Positions 8,647 through 17,043 of a DNA stretch of 23,035 bases are shown here, piece after piece. Numbering within the stretch: position 1 is the first letter of the stretch; each line of letters begins with the position of its first letter. The position numbers and the translations under genes were made by a program. Source of the DNA: Chlamydiia bacterium (GTDB lineage: Bacteria > Chlamydiota > Chlamydiia > Chlamydiales > JBMOFD01); contig JBMOFD010000027.1 in assembly GCA_049314435.1 (NCBI GenBank), forward strand, positions 1 to 23,035. Reading direction: 5' to 3'. Below the pieces are notes generated by a model. That model saw only the letters and a program-made list of their open reading frames with translations. It made no database searches and had not been told where the DNA came from.

Positions 8647-10472
8647 TGTCGTTTGATCCTGCTGATCTTGCACGCTTTCCCCAGGAACCTGGGGTCTACC
8701 TGATGAAGGATGAGTCGGGTGGCGTGCTCTACATCGGCAAGGCCAACCAACTCCGTCAACGCCTTCGACAGTACTTCTCAGGGCATGACCAAAGGGAGAT
8801 GATCCCCCACCTTGTGGCCAAGATTGAGACGATCGATACGGTCGTGGTCACTTCAGAAAAGGAGGCGCTCCTCCTGGAACATCACCTGATCCAGAAGCAT
8901 AAACCTCCCTATAATGCGCTCTTAAAGGATGACAGCTCCTTCCCCTTCCTCCGTCTCTCTAACCACCCTTGGCCTCGACTGGAGCTGGTGCGCGTTCAGG
9001 GGCAAGCCAAGGATGATGGTCAGTACTTCGGGCCCTATCCCAGCGCAGGGGCGGCCCGTCGTACCATGGAGCTCCTCCAGCAGCTCTTTCCGATGAGGCG
9101 CTGTTCCGATCAAGAGCTCGCGAGTCGCTCTCGTCCCTGCATCCTATACGATATGAAGCGCTGCATCGCTCCTTGTGTGAACAAGTGCACGCCCGTGGAG
9201 TATGCCGAGCTGGTCGGTCAGGTGGAGCGCTTTCTCAAGGGACAGGATCGCACGATTGTGACCCAGCTCAAAAAAGAGCTGGAGGAAGCTTCAGCCAATC
9301 TGGAGTTTGAGCGGGCTCAACAGCTTTACGACCTCCTACGTAGTCTAGAGATGGTCTTCGAGGAGCAGCATGTCCATACCGCTCGAGGCGTGCCGACCGA
9401 TGTCTGGGGCCTTTACCGCGAGGGAGATCGGGTGGCCGCTGCCCTTCTGCTGTTTCGTGAAGGACGTCTCGCTGGCGCCAGGCACATGGTCTTTGATTCG
9501 GTCATGGAGTCGGATCAGGAGCTACTCACTTCGCTCATCCTGCAGCAGGCTCGCATGGAGGTCCCCTCGGTCATCCTCACGGCGATTCCTGTCGATCATG
9601 CGCCCATCCTGACAGACATCTTGGCGAGTTACGGAAAGAAGCAGCCATCGATCACACAGCCACAGCGCGGACCTAAGCACGCTATGGTGGAGATGGCGAT
9701 GAGGAATGCGGTAGCGGCCTTCCAGCGCTCCCATGACGCGGAAGATCAGCGCATGCGCTGTCTCTTCGACCTACAGCAGACCTGCCATCTCAACGAGCTC
9801 CCCGAGCGGATCGAAACCTTTGATACGAGCCACCTCTCAGGACATGATGCCGTCTCTGTATGTGTTAGCTTCCTCAATGGCGACAAAGAATCGGGCCGCT
9901 ACCGTAAGTACATCCTCCGTGATACAGCACCCGGTGATGACTACGGAGCTCTGCGAGAGCTCCTGCAACGACGCTTCCATGCCGACCTTCAAACGGACTC
10001 GCTCCCGCAGCTCGTCATCGTCGACGGTGGACGTGGTCATCTCGAGGTCGCTCGCCGCCTGCTCGAAGAGCAGCAGCTGGCAGCGATCGTCGATGTGATC
10101 GCTGTCGCCAAGGAGAGTGGTCGCCATGACCGCGGCATGTCTTTGGAAAAAATCTATATCACCTCCCAAGAGGAGCCGATCTGTCTGCCCATCCGGAGTT
10201 CCCTCCTCCTCTTTCTACAGAGGATGCGAGACGAAGCGCATCGGTTTGCCATCCAGTTCCAGCGCTCACGCCGTCAAAAGCGGCAGGTACGGTCCGAACT
10301 CTTGAAGATTCCTGGCATTGGCCCCAAAAAGTGCGCTAATCTATTGCGACACTTCGGGTCGGTTCAACGTATCCTCAGTGCAGAGCCTGATGCCTGGGCT
10401 GCATGCCCTGGCATCACAAGCCGAGATGTCTCGGCCCTGCGCACCTGGGCGGAGACCCACCGACCCTCCTAG
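8646..10472 (+). CDS. uvrC: Excinuclease ABC subunit C
   Basis: GIY-YIG PGVYLMKD...LYIGKA..LRQRLRQYF, Cys cluster, LEFERAQQL UVR motif, RIETFDTSH, VDGGRGHL, RDEAHRFA, HhH IPGIGPK. ATG 8646 overlaps the mutS stop (TGATG). Confidence 0.97.
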   Translation: MSFDPADLARFPQEPGVYLMKDESGGVLYIGKANQLRQRLRQYFSGHDQREMIPHLVAKIETIDTVVVTSEKEALLLEHHLIQKHKPPYNALLKDDSSFPFLRLSNHPWPRLELVRVQGQAKDDGQYFGPYPSAGAARRTMELLQQLFPMRRCSDQELASRSRPCILYDMKRCIAPCVNKCTPVEYAELVGQVERFLKGQDRTIVTQLKKELEEASANLEFERAQQLYDLLRSLEMVFEEQHVHTARGVPTDVWGLYREGDRVAAALLLFREGRLAGARHMVFDSVMESDQELLTSLILQQARMEVPSVILTAIPVDHAPILTDILASYGKKQPSITQPQRGPKHAMVEMAMRNAVAAFQRSHDAEDQRMRCLFDLQQTCHLNELPERIETFDTSHLSGHDAVSVCVSFLNGDKESGRYRKYILRDTAPGDDYGALRELLQRRFHADLQTDSLPQLVIVDGGRGHLEVARRLLEEQQLAAIVDVIAVAKESGRHDRGMSLEKIYITSQEEPICLPIRSSLLLFLQRMRDEAHRFAIQFQRSRRQKRQVRSELLKIPGIGPKKCANLLRHFGSVQRILSAEPDAWAACPGITSRDVSALRTWAETHRPS

Positions 10473-10491
10473 ATTAACGAGAGATTTTTTG

Positions 10492-10947
10492 ATGGACGAT
10501 CCCCTATTGCTCATCTTAGCCAGTATGATCAGCGCAGGCCTCTGCATGTGGAGAGCGCGTGCCGCAGGGCGTCATATCTGGGGATGGGGCATGGCCGGAT
10601 TTCTCCTGGGGATTCCAGTCCTTGTCGTTCTTCTTCTGCTACCTAGACCCAGAGCTCAGCGGCTCGCCCCGGCGACACAGTCGGCCACTCCATCAGCCTC
10701 TGCTCGTCCTGCACCCACTCCGCCTCAGCCGTTCTGCAACGATCCCATGCAGGAGGGCTGGTACTACGTATCTAAGGAGCGCCAGGCGGTGGGGCCCCTT
10801 CCCCTTGCCCAGCTGATCCAAGCTTTCCACGAAGGACAGTGGCAAATCGATTCCTTGCTCTGGCATCCGGAAGTGACCGAGTGGCAACCACCGAGCCAGT
10901 TCCCGACGCTGGTGGCGGCTGGACTGCCGCTCTCTCAGGGAGAGTGA
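10492..10947 (+). CDS. Membrane protein with C-terminal GYF_2 (DUF4339)-like domain
   Basis: Two hydrophobic segments (LLLILASMISAGLC; WGWGMAGFLLGIPVLVVLLLLP), Pro/Ala linker, then WYY...VGPLPLAQL...G...DSLLWHPEVTEW matching the GYF_2 pattern. Start revised to ATG 10492, just after the uvrC stop. Confidence 0.75.
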   Translation: MDDPLLLILASMISAGLCMWRARAAGRHIWGWGMAGFLLGIPVLVVLLLLPRPRAQRLAPATQSATPSASARPAPTPPQPFCNDPMQEGWYYVSKERQAVGPLPLAQLIQAFHEGQWQIDSLLWHPEVTEWQPPSQFPTLVAAGLPLSQGE

Positions 10948-11283
10948 TTGTTTAGATTGGAGGATTTCATCCTCCAAACCTCCTGTATGTCTACGTGCAT
11001 GAAATCTCCTATTTTTGAGGACGGGTTTTTGGTCGACCGCACCAAAGAGCTCTCATCTGAAAGATGCTTCTCCTGTAGGCAGGGAACCATCCCATGAAAG
11101 GATGGTTGTCGGGATTGTGGCAGACGTGTAAAATTCCGTGTCACGACCCAGTTCTGGATCTTCGGATCCATGATTCTATGCAGTGTGGCGATGACCGCCC
11201 ACTCTAAGACGGTACGTAATTTAAACTAGGGAGCGCGGCTTCTCACTCGATAGGTATCGGGGTGTTGTCGCGGCATTTGTCAG

Positions 11284-11421
11284 ATGAAAGTGAGAGCCTC
11301 CGTTAAAGCCGACCCGTCGAAGGGCGACATCCTGGTGCGTCGTCGTGGTCGTCTCTATGTCATTAATAAGCGAGACCCCAACCGCAAGCAGCGCCAAAAA
11401 GGCCCCGCTCGCCAGAAGTAA
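11284..11421 (+). CDS. rpmJ: 50S ribosomal protein L36 (Zn-independent, chlamydial type)
   Basis: Not in the ORF track. Hand translation: [45 protein letters not shown] (45 aa, no Cys). Confidence 0.95.
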   Translation: MKVRASVKADPSKGDILVRRRGRLYVINKRDPNRKQRQKGPARQK

Positions 11422-11438
11422 TTAAAGGTTGCAGATCC

Positions 11439-11744
11439 ATGGCACGTAAAGCACTGATCGCGAAAGAAAAGCGTCGTGAACAACTGGTCGATCGTCTCTG
11501 GGATAAGCGCCAGGGCCTGAAGAAGACCTCCCGCGACATGAACCTCACAGAAGAGGATCGTCAAGCGGCACGGGATGCTTTAAACAGCATGCCTCGCGAT
11601 TCCTGCCCAGTACGGCTGCGTAATCGCTGCCAAGTGACTGGCAGAGCCCGCGGCTTCCTGCGCAAGTTCCAACTCTCGAGGATTACATTCCGCGAGATGG
11701 CCAACGCAGGGCTGATCCCCGGTATTTTCAAGGCGAGCTGGTAA
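11439..11744 (+). CDS. rpsN: 30S ribosomal protein S14 (long, 101 aa)
   Basis: MARKALIAKEKRR...MPRDSCPVRLRNRCQVTGRARGFLRKFQLSRITFREMANAGLIPGIFKASW. Confidence 0.97.
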   Translation: MARKALIAKEKRREQLVDRLWDKRQGLKKTSRDMNLTEEDRQAARDALNSMPRDSCPVRLRNRCQVTGRARGFLRKFQLSRITFREMANAGLIPGIFKASW

Positions 11745-11751
11745 TCGCCTG

Positions 11752-11779
11752 CGACTCTCTTCTCAACGGAAGAGAGTCG
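11752..11779 (+). other. Strong stem-loop between rpsN and rpmH (terminator-like, no U tract)
   Basis: CGACTCTCTTC (11752-11762) pairs perfectly with GAAGAGAGTCG (11769-11779). It begins 7 nt after the rpsN stop and has no poly-T on either side. Confidence 0.6.
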
Positions 11780-11816
11780 ACACAGAGTTCCTTGAGTTCA
11801 ATTTTTTGGTTTCAAC

Positions 11817-11951
11817 ATGAAGCGTACATATCAACCGAGTAAGCGCCATCGCCAGCGCGTTTGTGGCTTTCTAAAGCGCATGAGCACAGTGGCAGGTCGT
11901 CGCATCGTCAACCGTCGTCGCCGTCTCGGTCGTAAAGTTCTCTCCGCCTAA
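11817..11951 (+). CDS. rpmH: 50S ribosomal protein L34
   Basis: Not in the ORF track. Hand translation: [44 protein letters not shown] (44 aa). Confidence 0.96.
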   Translation: MKRTYQPSKRHRQRVCGFLKRMSTVAGRRIVNRRRRLGRKVLSA

Positions 11952-11974
11952 ACGGGCCTGGGGAGGGATCATTT

Positions 11975-12412
11975 ATGTCTCAGAGTCATCAGCCTAGTTC
12001 GAACGAGGCTTCGGTGACTCTGCAGGTCCCACCTCTTGCGATATCTCAAAAATTTACCAAGAAACAGAAGATTCTTCGCAGCCACGACTTTCGTCTAGTG
12101 GGCCGTCATGGCACACGCCAGACGGGAGAATGGATGGTTGTAGAGCTTTTACGCTGGCGCAATGCGCAGCGTCCTGCGCAAATCGGGATCACCGTCTCGA
12201 GGAAATTCGGAGATGCGGTGCACCGTAACCAGTTCAAGCGCTGGGTGCGAGAGGCTTTCCGACGTCACTATCCCCTTTTTGGAAGAGGGCAGGGGTTTGT
12301 CATCATCCCCCGTTCAAGTGCTCGTCAGGCTAACTATCAGCAGATCGAGTCGGAGCTGCTTCGCCTCCTAGGACATCGTCCTAGAGGCGAAGCCAGCACC
12401 AAAGAAGGCTAG
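11975..12412 (+). CDS. rnpA: Ribonuclease P protein component
   Basis: IGITVSRKFGDAVHRNQFKRWVREAFR (RNR-type motif), directly downstream of rpmH, GGGAGG SD upstream. Confidence 0.93.
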   Translation: MSQSHQPSSNEASVTLQVPPLAISQKFTKKQKILRSHDFRLVGRHGTRQTGEWMVVELLRWRNAQRPAQIGITVSRKFGDAVHRNQFKRWVREAFRRHYPLFGRGQGFVIIPRSSARQANYQQIESELLRLLGHRPRGEASTKEG

Positions 12413-12918
12413 AGGGCGTCTGCTGACTGAGCGGGGTCGGTCACGCTCTTGAGTTCAGCAAGGAAGGGTGCCACTCCGCCAGACACGTAGGAGAGCTCCG
12501 CATCCACCTCCTCTTTGGAATCCACGAGCAGGATCGTGGGATATCCTTCGATATCGTACTGATCGAGCAGCTCTTCATTCCGCGCCTCTTCCTTCTCGGG
12601 GAGTGGGTGCTTGCGAGGACTGTCGATCTTCACAAAGACATACTGATCGCCAACAGCTTTGGCGAATTCGGGCTTGGAGAGGATCTCATCCTCGAGCTTG
12701 ATGCACCAGCGGCACCAGTCTGAGCCCGTAAAGAGCACAAACATCATCTTGCCACTTTTTTTAGAGAGACTGAGTCCCTCGTCGTAGTTGGTATGCCAAG
12801 CGAGTTCGTCCTTGGATGCGGCAGTGGAAACTGTCACTCCTGGTTCAGTGTCCATGACATCCGCCAGAAGCGGAGCGGCTGAACAGGCCGCAAGGATCAT
12901 GATCTTCAGTATACGCAT
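12409..12918 (-). CDS. dsbH: Exported thioredoxin-like thiol:disulfide oxidoreductase (DsbH-like)
   Basis: Signal peptide, LFTGSDWCRWCIKL CxxC motif, FVKIDSPRK, cis-Pro YDIEGYPT. Overlaps the rnpA stop by 4 nt (CTAG). Confidence 0.8.
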   Translation of the reverse strand: MRILKIMILAACSAAPLLADVMDTEPGVTVSTAASKDELAWHTNYDEGLSLSKKSGKMMFVLFTGSDWCRWCIKLEDEILSKPEFAKAVGDQYVFVKIDSPRKHPLPEKEEARNEELLDQYDIEGYPTILLVDSKEEVDAELSYVSGGVAPFLAELKSVTDPAQSADAL

Positions 12919-13166
12919 AGGAATCCGTGATGTTGAATGAGCCGTCCTCTTTGAGAAAACGCCCTCTCTCGAGATGTTCTCTCAGCTGGTGAGCCTCACC
13001 ACCCTGAGCTCCTCGGTGGATGAGCACCTCCAGACCTCAGGTTCGGTGGTCAATGCAGGCTTTGCCTACGCAGGAGCGTACCAGGCACGTCCTTTTCGTG
13101 CCGATCCATTGGCGAATAGTTCATGCAGAATAGCCGTGATACGAGTCGATTTGTGTCCGTATGGCC

Positions 13167-13175
13167 TGGTATACT
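13167..13175 (+). promoter_or_regulatory. Extended -10 promoter (TGnTATACT)
   Basis: TGGTATACT at 13167-13175 with no good -35. Predicted +1 falls on about 13182, the A of the ATG. Confidence 0.5.
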
Positions 13176-13181
13176 TTGCCT

Positions 13182-13676
13182 ATGCATCCAACTCTGATCC
13201 TCCGTCACAACAAAGAAAACCTGCGTAAGTGCAGCTTAACGCCCCTACACGGGCGGCCGGATCTGCGCTTCCTGCGCTATCCAAAGGAAGTGTGCCAGAT
13301 GCCTGTGCAGAGGGGCACGATCGTCCTTGTCATGGGAGCTCCAGAGCTTCCCTTCGAGAGGTCAGACGCCCCTCTGCTGTTGATCGACGGTACATGGCGC
13401 TACGCAGCCCGGATGTGGAACCGAGTGCAGTCTCAATATAGAGAGCAACTCATTCCCTATTCTCTGCCCCACTGCATCACGGCCTACCCTCGGTACCAAA
13501 CAGCTTGTGACGATCCAGAGGCGGGGCTTGCCAGTGTGGAGGCTCTCTATCTGGCCTATGCATGCCTGGGCCGAACAACAGAGGGATTGCTCGATCACTA
13601 TCACTGGCGCGAGGAGTTTCTGGAACGTAATCAGCCGCTTTGGGATAGGATTGCGTTTGCCCACCGTGTGTCATAG
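13182..13676 (+). CDS. DTW-domain (TDD superfamily) putative RNA aminocarboxypropyltransferase
   Basis: LRHNKENLRKCSL, LLLIDGTWRYA (DxTW) and GLASVEALY motifs. Start ATG 13182 (alternative 13161). Confidence 0.75.
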   Translation: MHPTLILRHNKENLRKCSLTPLHGRPDLRFLRYPKEVCQMPVQRGTIVLVMGAPELPFERSDAPLLLIDGTWRYAARMWNRVQSQYREQLIPYSLPHCITAYPRYQTACDDPEAGLASVEALYLAYACLGRTTEGLLDHYHWREEFLERNQPLWDRIAFAHRVS

Positions 13677-13685
13677 GATGGCCAG

Positions 13686-14567
13686 ATGCAAACTTCGCGC
13701 CCTTTCGTCTTAAGCACTCCCCTGAGCTCTCTTTGGCTCTCAGAAGTACCTTGCCATCAGGTCGCTCCGACCTGGTATCACTATCCAGACGGAGAGATGG
13801 CCGTGGATCTGCCCCTAGAACTCTGGGGACGTGAGGTGATCCTCTGCGGGACGATGGCGCCAAAGCCTCAGGAAGCTCTCATGGCTCTGGGGCTAGTGAG
13901 CGAGGCTCTGCAGGCCCTCCAGTGTCGGGTGACGGCTTGGATCCCCTACCTAGCCTATATGCGACAGGATCAGCGGCAGCACCCCGGCCACTCCTACGGA
14001 GCGCGTCAGCTAGCCCGCATCGTTAGCGGATTCGGGTGGCAGCGTCTCATCACGATGGACCTACACAATGCCGCAGCTGAAGGTCTCTTCCAGTGTCCCG
14101 TATCGGTGCTCTCTGCCCAACCGCTCCTAGTGCGGGCGATGCAAGAGCTTGGTCTCAACAATCCTGTAGTCGTGGCTCCAGACTTCGGCCGGGCTAAGGG
14201 CGCATCCGACTTTGCGGATGCACTGGGCTGCCCCTGTGCCATCGTGAACAAGGCAAGGGGTTCTGCGGGAGTGACCGCGCGTACGCTCTTCGGTGATGTG
14301 TCGGGCCGTGATGTGATCCTCGTCGATGACCTCCTGGCTACCGGCACTACGCTGGTCCGGGCCGCTGAACTCTGTAAAACTCAAGGCGCTCGTTCTATCC
14401 GCGCCTGTGTGTCTCATGCCCTCTTCTGTGGAGACGCCCGTACACTCATCCAACAATCCCCCATCGAACAGCTCTGGTGTCTAGACACCATCCCCGTAGA
14501 ACCTCCTCCCGCCCGTTGTGAAGTACTAAGCTGTGCACCCATACTACAAGCTATGCTCAACTTATAA
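13686..14567 (+). CDS. prs: Ribose-phosphate pyrophosphokinase (PRPP synthetase)
   Basis: YPDGE, IPYLAYMRQD, ITMDLH, VVAPDFG, PRT motif VILVDDLLATGTTL, VSHALF, LDTIP. Confidence 0.92.
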   Translation: MQTSRPFVLSTPLSSLWLSEVPCHQVAPTWYHYPDGEMAVDLPLELWGREVILCGTMAPKPQEALMALGLVSEALQALQCRVTAWIPYLAYMRQDQRQHPGHSYGARQLARIVSGFGWQRLITMDLHNAAAEGLFQCPVSVLSAQPLLVRAMQELGLNNPVVVAPDFGRAKGASDFADALGCPCAIVNKARGSAGVTARTLFGDVSGRDVILVDDLLATGTTLVRAAELCKTQGARSIRACVSHALFCGDARTLIQQSPIEQLWCLDTIPVEPPPARCEVLSCAPILQAMLNL

Positions 14568-14589
14568 GAGCGTATTTGAATAGGCCGTC

Positions 14590-15774
14590 ATGATGACCCA
14601 TACGATCTCCTCCCGCAGCCGTTTGCTGGGGAGCATTCTTCTCGTTGCTGGATGTTGCATTGGAGCCGGCATGCTCGGGCTGCCGGTCCTCACGGCACCG
14701 GGTGGATGGCTTCCCTCGGTAGCGTTCCTGGTAGGCGGTTGGCTGTTCATGACGGCAACGGGTTGGGTGTTGCTCGATGTGGCTCTCAACTTCCCTACGG
14801 ACACCAGTGTGATCCAGATGGCACGTGCTCGGTTAGGTCGAACGGGTGCGGCGATTGGTGCAGCTTGCTGGCTCTTCCTTCTCTACGCGCTCATGGTTGC
14901 CTATGTGTTGGGTACGGGACCGATCGTGCAGACGTTATTGAGCGGCTGGATCAACCTCCCACCCGTCGTGGGTACGTTGGGCTTCTGCGGGATCTTGGCC
15001 TTTGCGCTGGTACATGGGGCTAGAGCGTGTGATCTATTCAATCGAGTCTTGATGATCGGTTTGATCCTAGGATATGTCAGCCTCATCTACGCTGGATTCC
15101 CAGAGGTGGAACCGCGCTATCTAGGTCATGTGGACTGGATGGCGGCCCTTCCAGCGGTCCCTTTGCTGGTCATCTCGTTTGGGTTTCACAACCTTGTTCC
15201 GACTCTGGTCTATTACCTGGAGCGGAACAGGTCTCAGCTGCGGTTTGCCATCCTCGTAGGGGCAGCGCTCCCTCTGGTGGGCTACCTGATGTGGGAGTAT
15301 GTCTCGATGGGGCTCATCCCCTTGCCAGACTTTAGAGAGGGTGCTGCTCAGGGTCTCTCCGTGACGCAAATTATGGCTCAGGTGATCGGTAAGCCGGAAA
15401 TTCTCGGAGCAGCCCATCTCTTTGCCTTCTGTGCGATCACAACATCCTTCATAGCGACAGCGCTGAGCATGATGGACTTCATCAAGGAGAGCCTCTCTTT
15501 ACGAAGCACCATGATGCACCGCTGGATGATCTGTGCGATGGTTCTTCTACCAGCGATTGCCATTGCCTGGAGCTATCCAGACATCTTCCTAAAGGCGCTC
15601 ACGTACGCTGGGGCCTATGGAGCACTGGTTCTCTTCGGTGTTCTACCGGCGTTGATGGACCTCACCTTCCGTCTGGATGAACGTGGGCAACGTCGTCTCC
15701 ACTGGTTGAGCTGGAGCATCCTCGTCGCCAGCGTGGCTCTGATCGGGCTTCAGGTCGTTCTGGATATTCTGTGA
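14590..15774 (+). CDS. Aromatic amino acid permease (TyrP/Mtr, HAAAP family)
   Basis: GSILLVAGCCIGAGMLGLP, ISFGFHNLVPTL, AITTSF and about 11 hydrophobic segments. Tyr versus Trp specificity cannot be resolved from sequence. Confidence 0.9.
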   Translation: MMTHTISSRSRLLGSILLVAGCCIGAGMLGLPVLTAPGGWLPSVAFLVGGWLFMTATGWVLLDVALNFPTDTSVIQMARARLGRTGAAIGAACWLFLLYALMVAYVLGTGPIVQTLLSGWINLPPVVGTLGFCGILAFALVHGARACDLFNRVLMIGLILGYVSLIYAGFPEVEPRYLGHVDWMAALPAVPLLVISFGFHNLVPTLVYYLERNRSQLRFAILVGAALPLVGYLMWEYVSMGLIPLPDFREGAAQGLSVTQIMAQVIGKPEILGAAHLFAFCAITTSFIATALSMMDFIKESLSLRSTMMHRWMICAMVLLPAIAIAWSYPDIFLKALTYAGAYGALVLFGVLPALMDLTFRLDERGQRRLHWLSWSILVASVALIGLQVVLDIL

Positions 15775-16997
15775 AGCCCTCAGCGAATCAGAATGCCTCA
15801 CAGCCAGGCGGTCCGATTACCTCGATCAAGGACGAGGTGGTAGTAGAGGCACGTTCCCTACAAACCGCCAAGGGACGTATTGCTGCAGGTCGCTGCCTGG
15901 CTGAGGGAGAAGAACAGATCCGGTGGGCGCTCGGGAGCCCCTGCCGGATCCTTCACGCCATCGTTCACGAGAAGCAGACAGGGCACCCAATCCTGAAAGA
16001 CCTGAGAGACAGGGGCATTCCCATCTTCACCTGCTCAGACGGCATTCTCCGTAAAGTCACAGAAACGAATCACCTGATTCCTTTTGTGGCAGTCGTGGAG
16101 TGCCAAGCAGCCGACAGTCTCGAAAAGAGTGGTTTTGGACAGGGTGAAGGACCTCGGTAACGTGGGAACCATCGTGAGAACCGCGGAGGCGTTCGGTCTG
16201 AATTCTCTGGCCTCAACGGAACCCGACTTTGACCTCTTCTATTCGAAAACCATCGACTGCTCCCGAGGCAAGGTCTTTCACACCGTACTCCACCGATTTG
16301 CTTCCGGCGAGGCGGCCATTGAGCACCTACAGAAGTCTGGTCACCAGATTGCAGTGACGACGCTACGAGATAGTACCATCCAATCGTTTGTCCAGCTTGA
16401 CGACCGACCTATTGCCGTCGTCTTCGGTAACGAAACCACCGGCGTTAGTCCTGAGATCGAGGCCAAAGCCGACATACGCATTCAGATTCCGATGAGTGGT
16501 ACGGTAGAGTCCCTCAACGTAGGTGTATCAGCCTCTATGAACTGAAAATCAAATGGATCCTTGCCATGCTAAAGAAGAAGATCCAGACCTCTATGGGTCG
16601 TGACCTCTACGCCGCTTCCAGATGGGTGCGCCAACTACTAGACGTAAAGCTGAAGGAGAGCACTCCCTTCACGGCGGATCAAGCGATCCTCATGATGGTT
16701 CTTCAGTGCGACGGCACGGCCGTTCTACCCACCTTGGCACGAGATGCGGGTATCTTGCTATCCACGGACATCTCTTCGCTCCTGCAACCTCTCATCGACA
16801 AAAAGTTCATACGGAATGCCGATGGACTACTTTCTATGACTGAAACAGGCTCCGCAGCCTTAGCACAAGTCTGGACCATCCACGAGTCTGTCGAGCGAAT
16901 GGTTCTCGAAGGAGTCCAGAAAACCGACCTGGAGGCCTTCCACAGGTTGATTCAGCAGATATTTGCCAACTGTGAGAAAGTCGTTCCTTTCGAGTAG
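15771..16997 (+). pseudogene. TrmH/SpoU-family RNA methyltransferase fused to a C-terminal MarR-like winged helix, interrupted by two frameshifts
   Basis: The first frame gives the substrate-binding N-domain (CLAEGEEQIRWAL) up to ~16128. The next frame gives VVLDRVKDLGNVGTIVRTA, VVFGNETTGVS, IPMSGTVESLNVGV. The first frame resumes at 16527 with ISLYELKIKWILAMLKKK..., running directly into the 16566-16997 ORF. Confidence 0.75.
16566..16997 (+). CDS. MarR-like winged helix-turn-helix domain (C-terminal part of the broken fusion; could be translated alone)
   Basis: FTADQAILMMVL...LARDAG...ISSLLQPLIDKKFI...LSMTETG...DLEAFHRLIQQI follows the MarR helix/wing pattern. Confidence 0.55.
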   Translation: MLKKKIQTSMGRDLYAASRWVRQLLDVKLKESTPFTADQAILMMVLQCDGTAVLPTLARDAGILLSTDISSLLQPLIDKKFIRNADGLLSMTETGSAALAQVWTIHESVERMVLEGVQKTDLEAFHRLIQQIFANCEKVVPFE

Positions 16998-17043
16998 AGC
17001 TTCGTCAAGAGGCTACCTCTAGATCGATTCTCCAGGCATTCCT

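Noticed and set aside
10318..10491. N-terminal extension of the GYF_2 gene overlapping uvrC
   Set aside because: It is an alternative frame of the uvrC HhH region. ATG 10492 directly precedes the first transmembrane segment.
10948..11283. Long intergenic region before rpmJ, including ORF 10935-11171(-), as a possible tRNA, leader RNA or small gene
   Set aside because: No cloverleaf or T-loop signature, no recognisable protein motif and no convincing promoter pair.
12919..13160. Several short hairpins (TACGC/GCGTA 13067-13080, GGCACG/CGTGCC 13084-13102) as a possible ncRNA or riboswitch
   Set aside because: Stems of 5-6 bp are expected by chance at this GC content and no known RNA family motif was recognised. 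An Rfam/Infernal search would be needed.
16084..16160. Programmed ribosomal frameshift in the TrmH gene
   Set aside because: No canonical slippery heptamer with downstream structure was seen, and a second lesion at ~16525 points to decay or sequence error.
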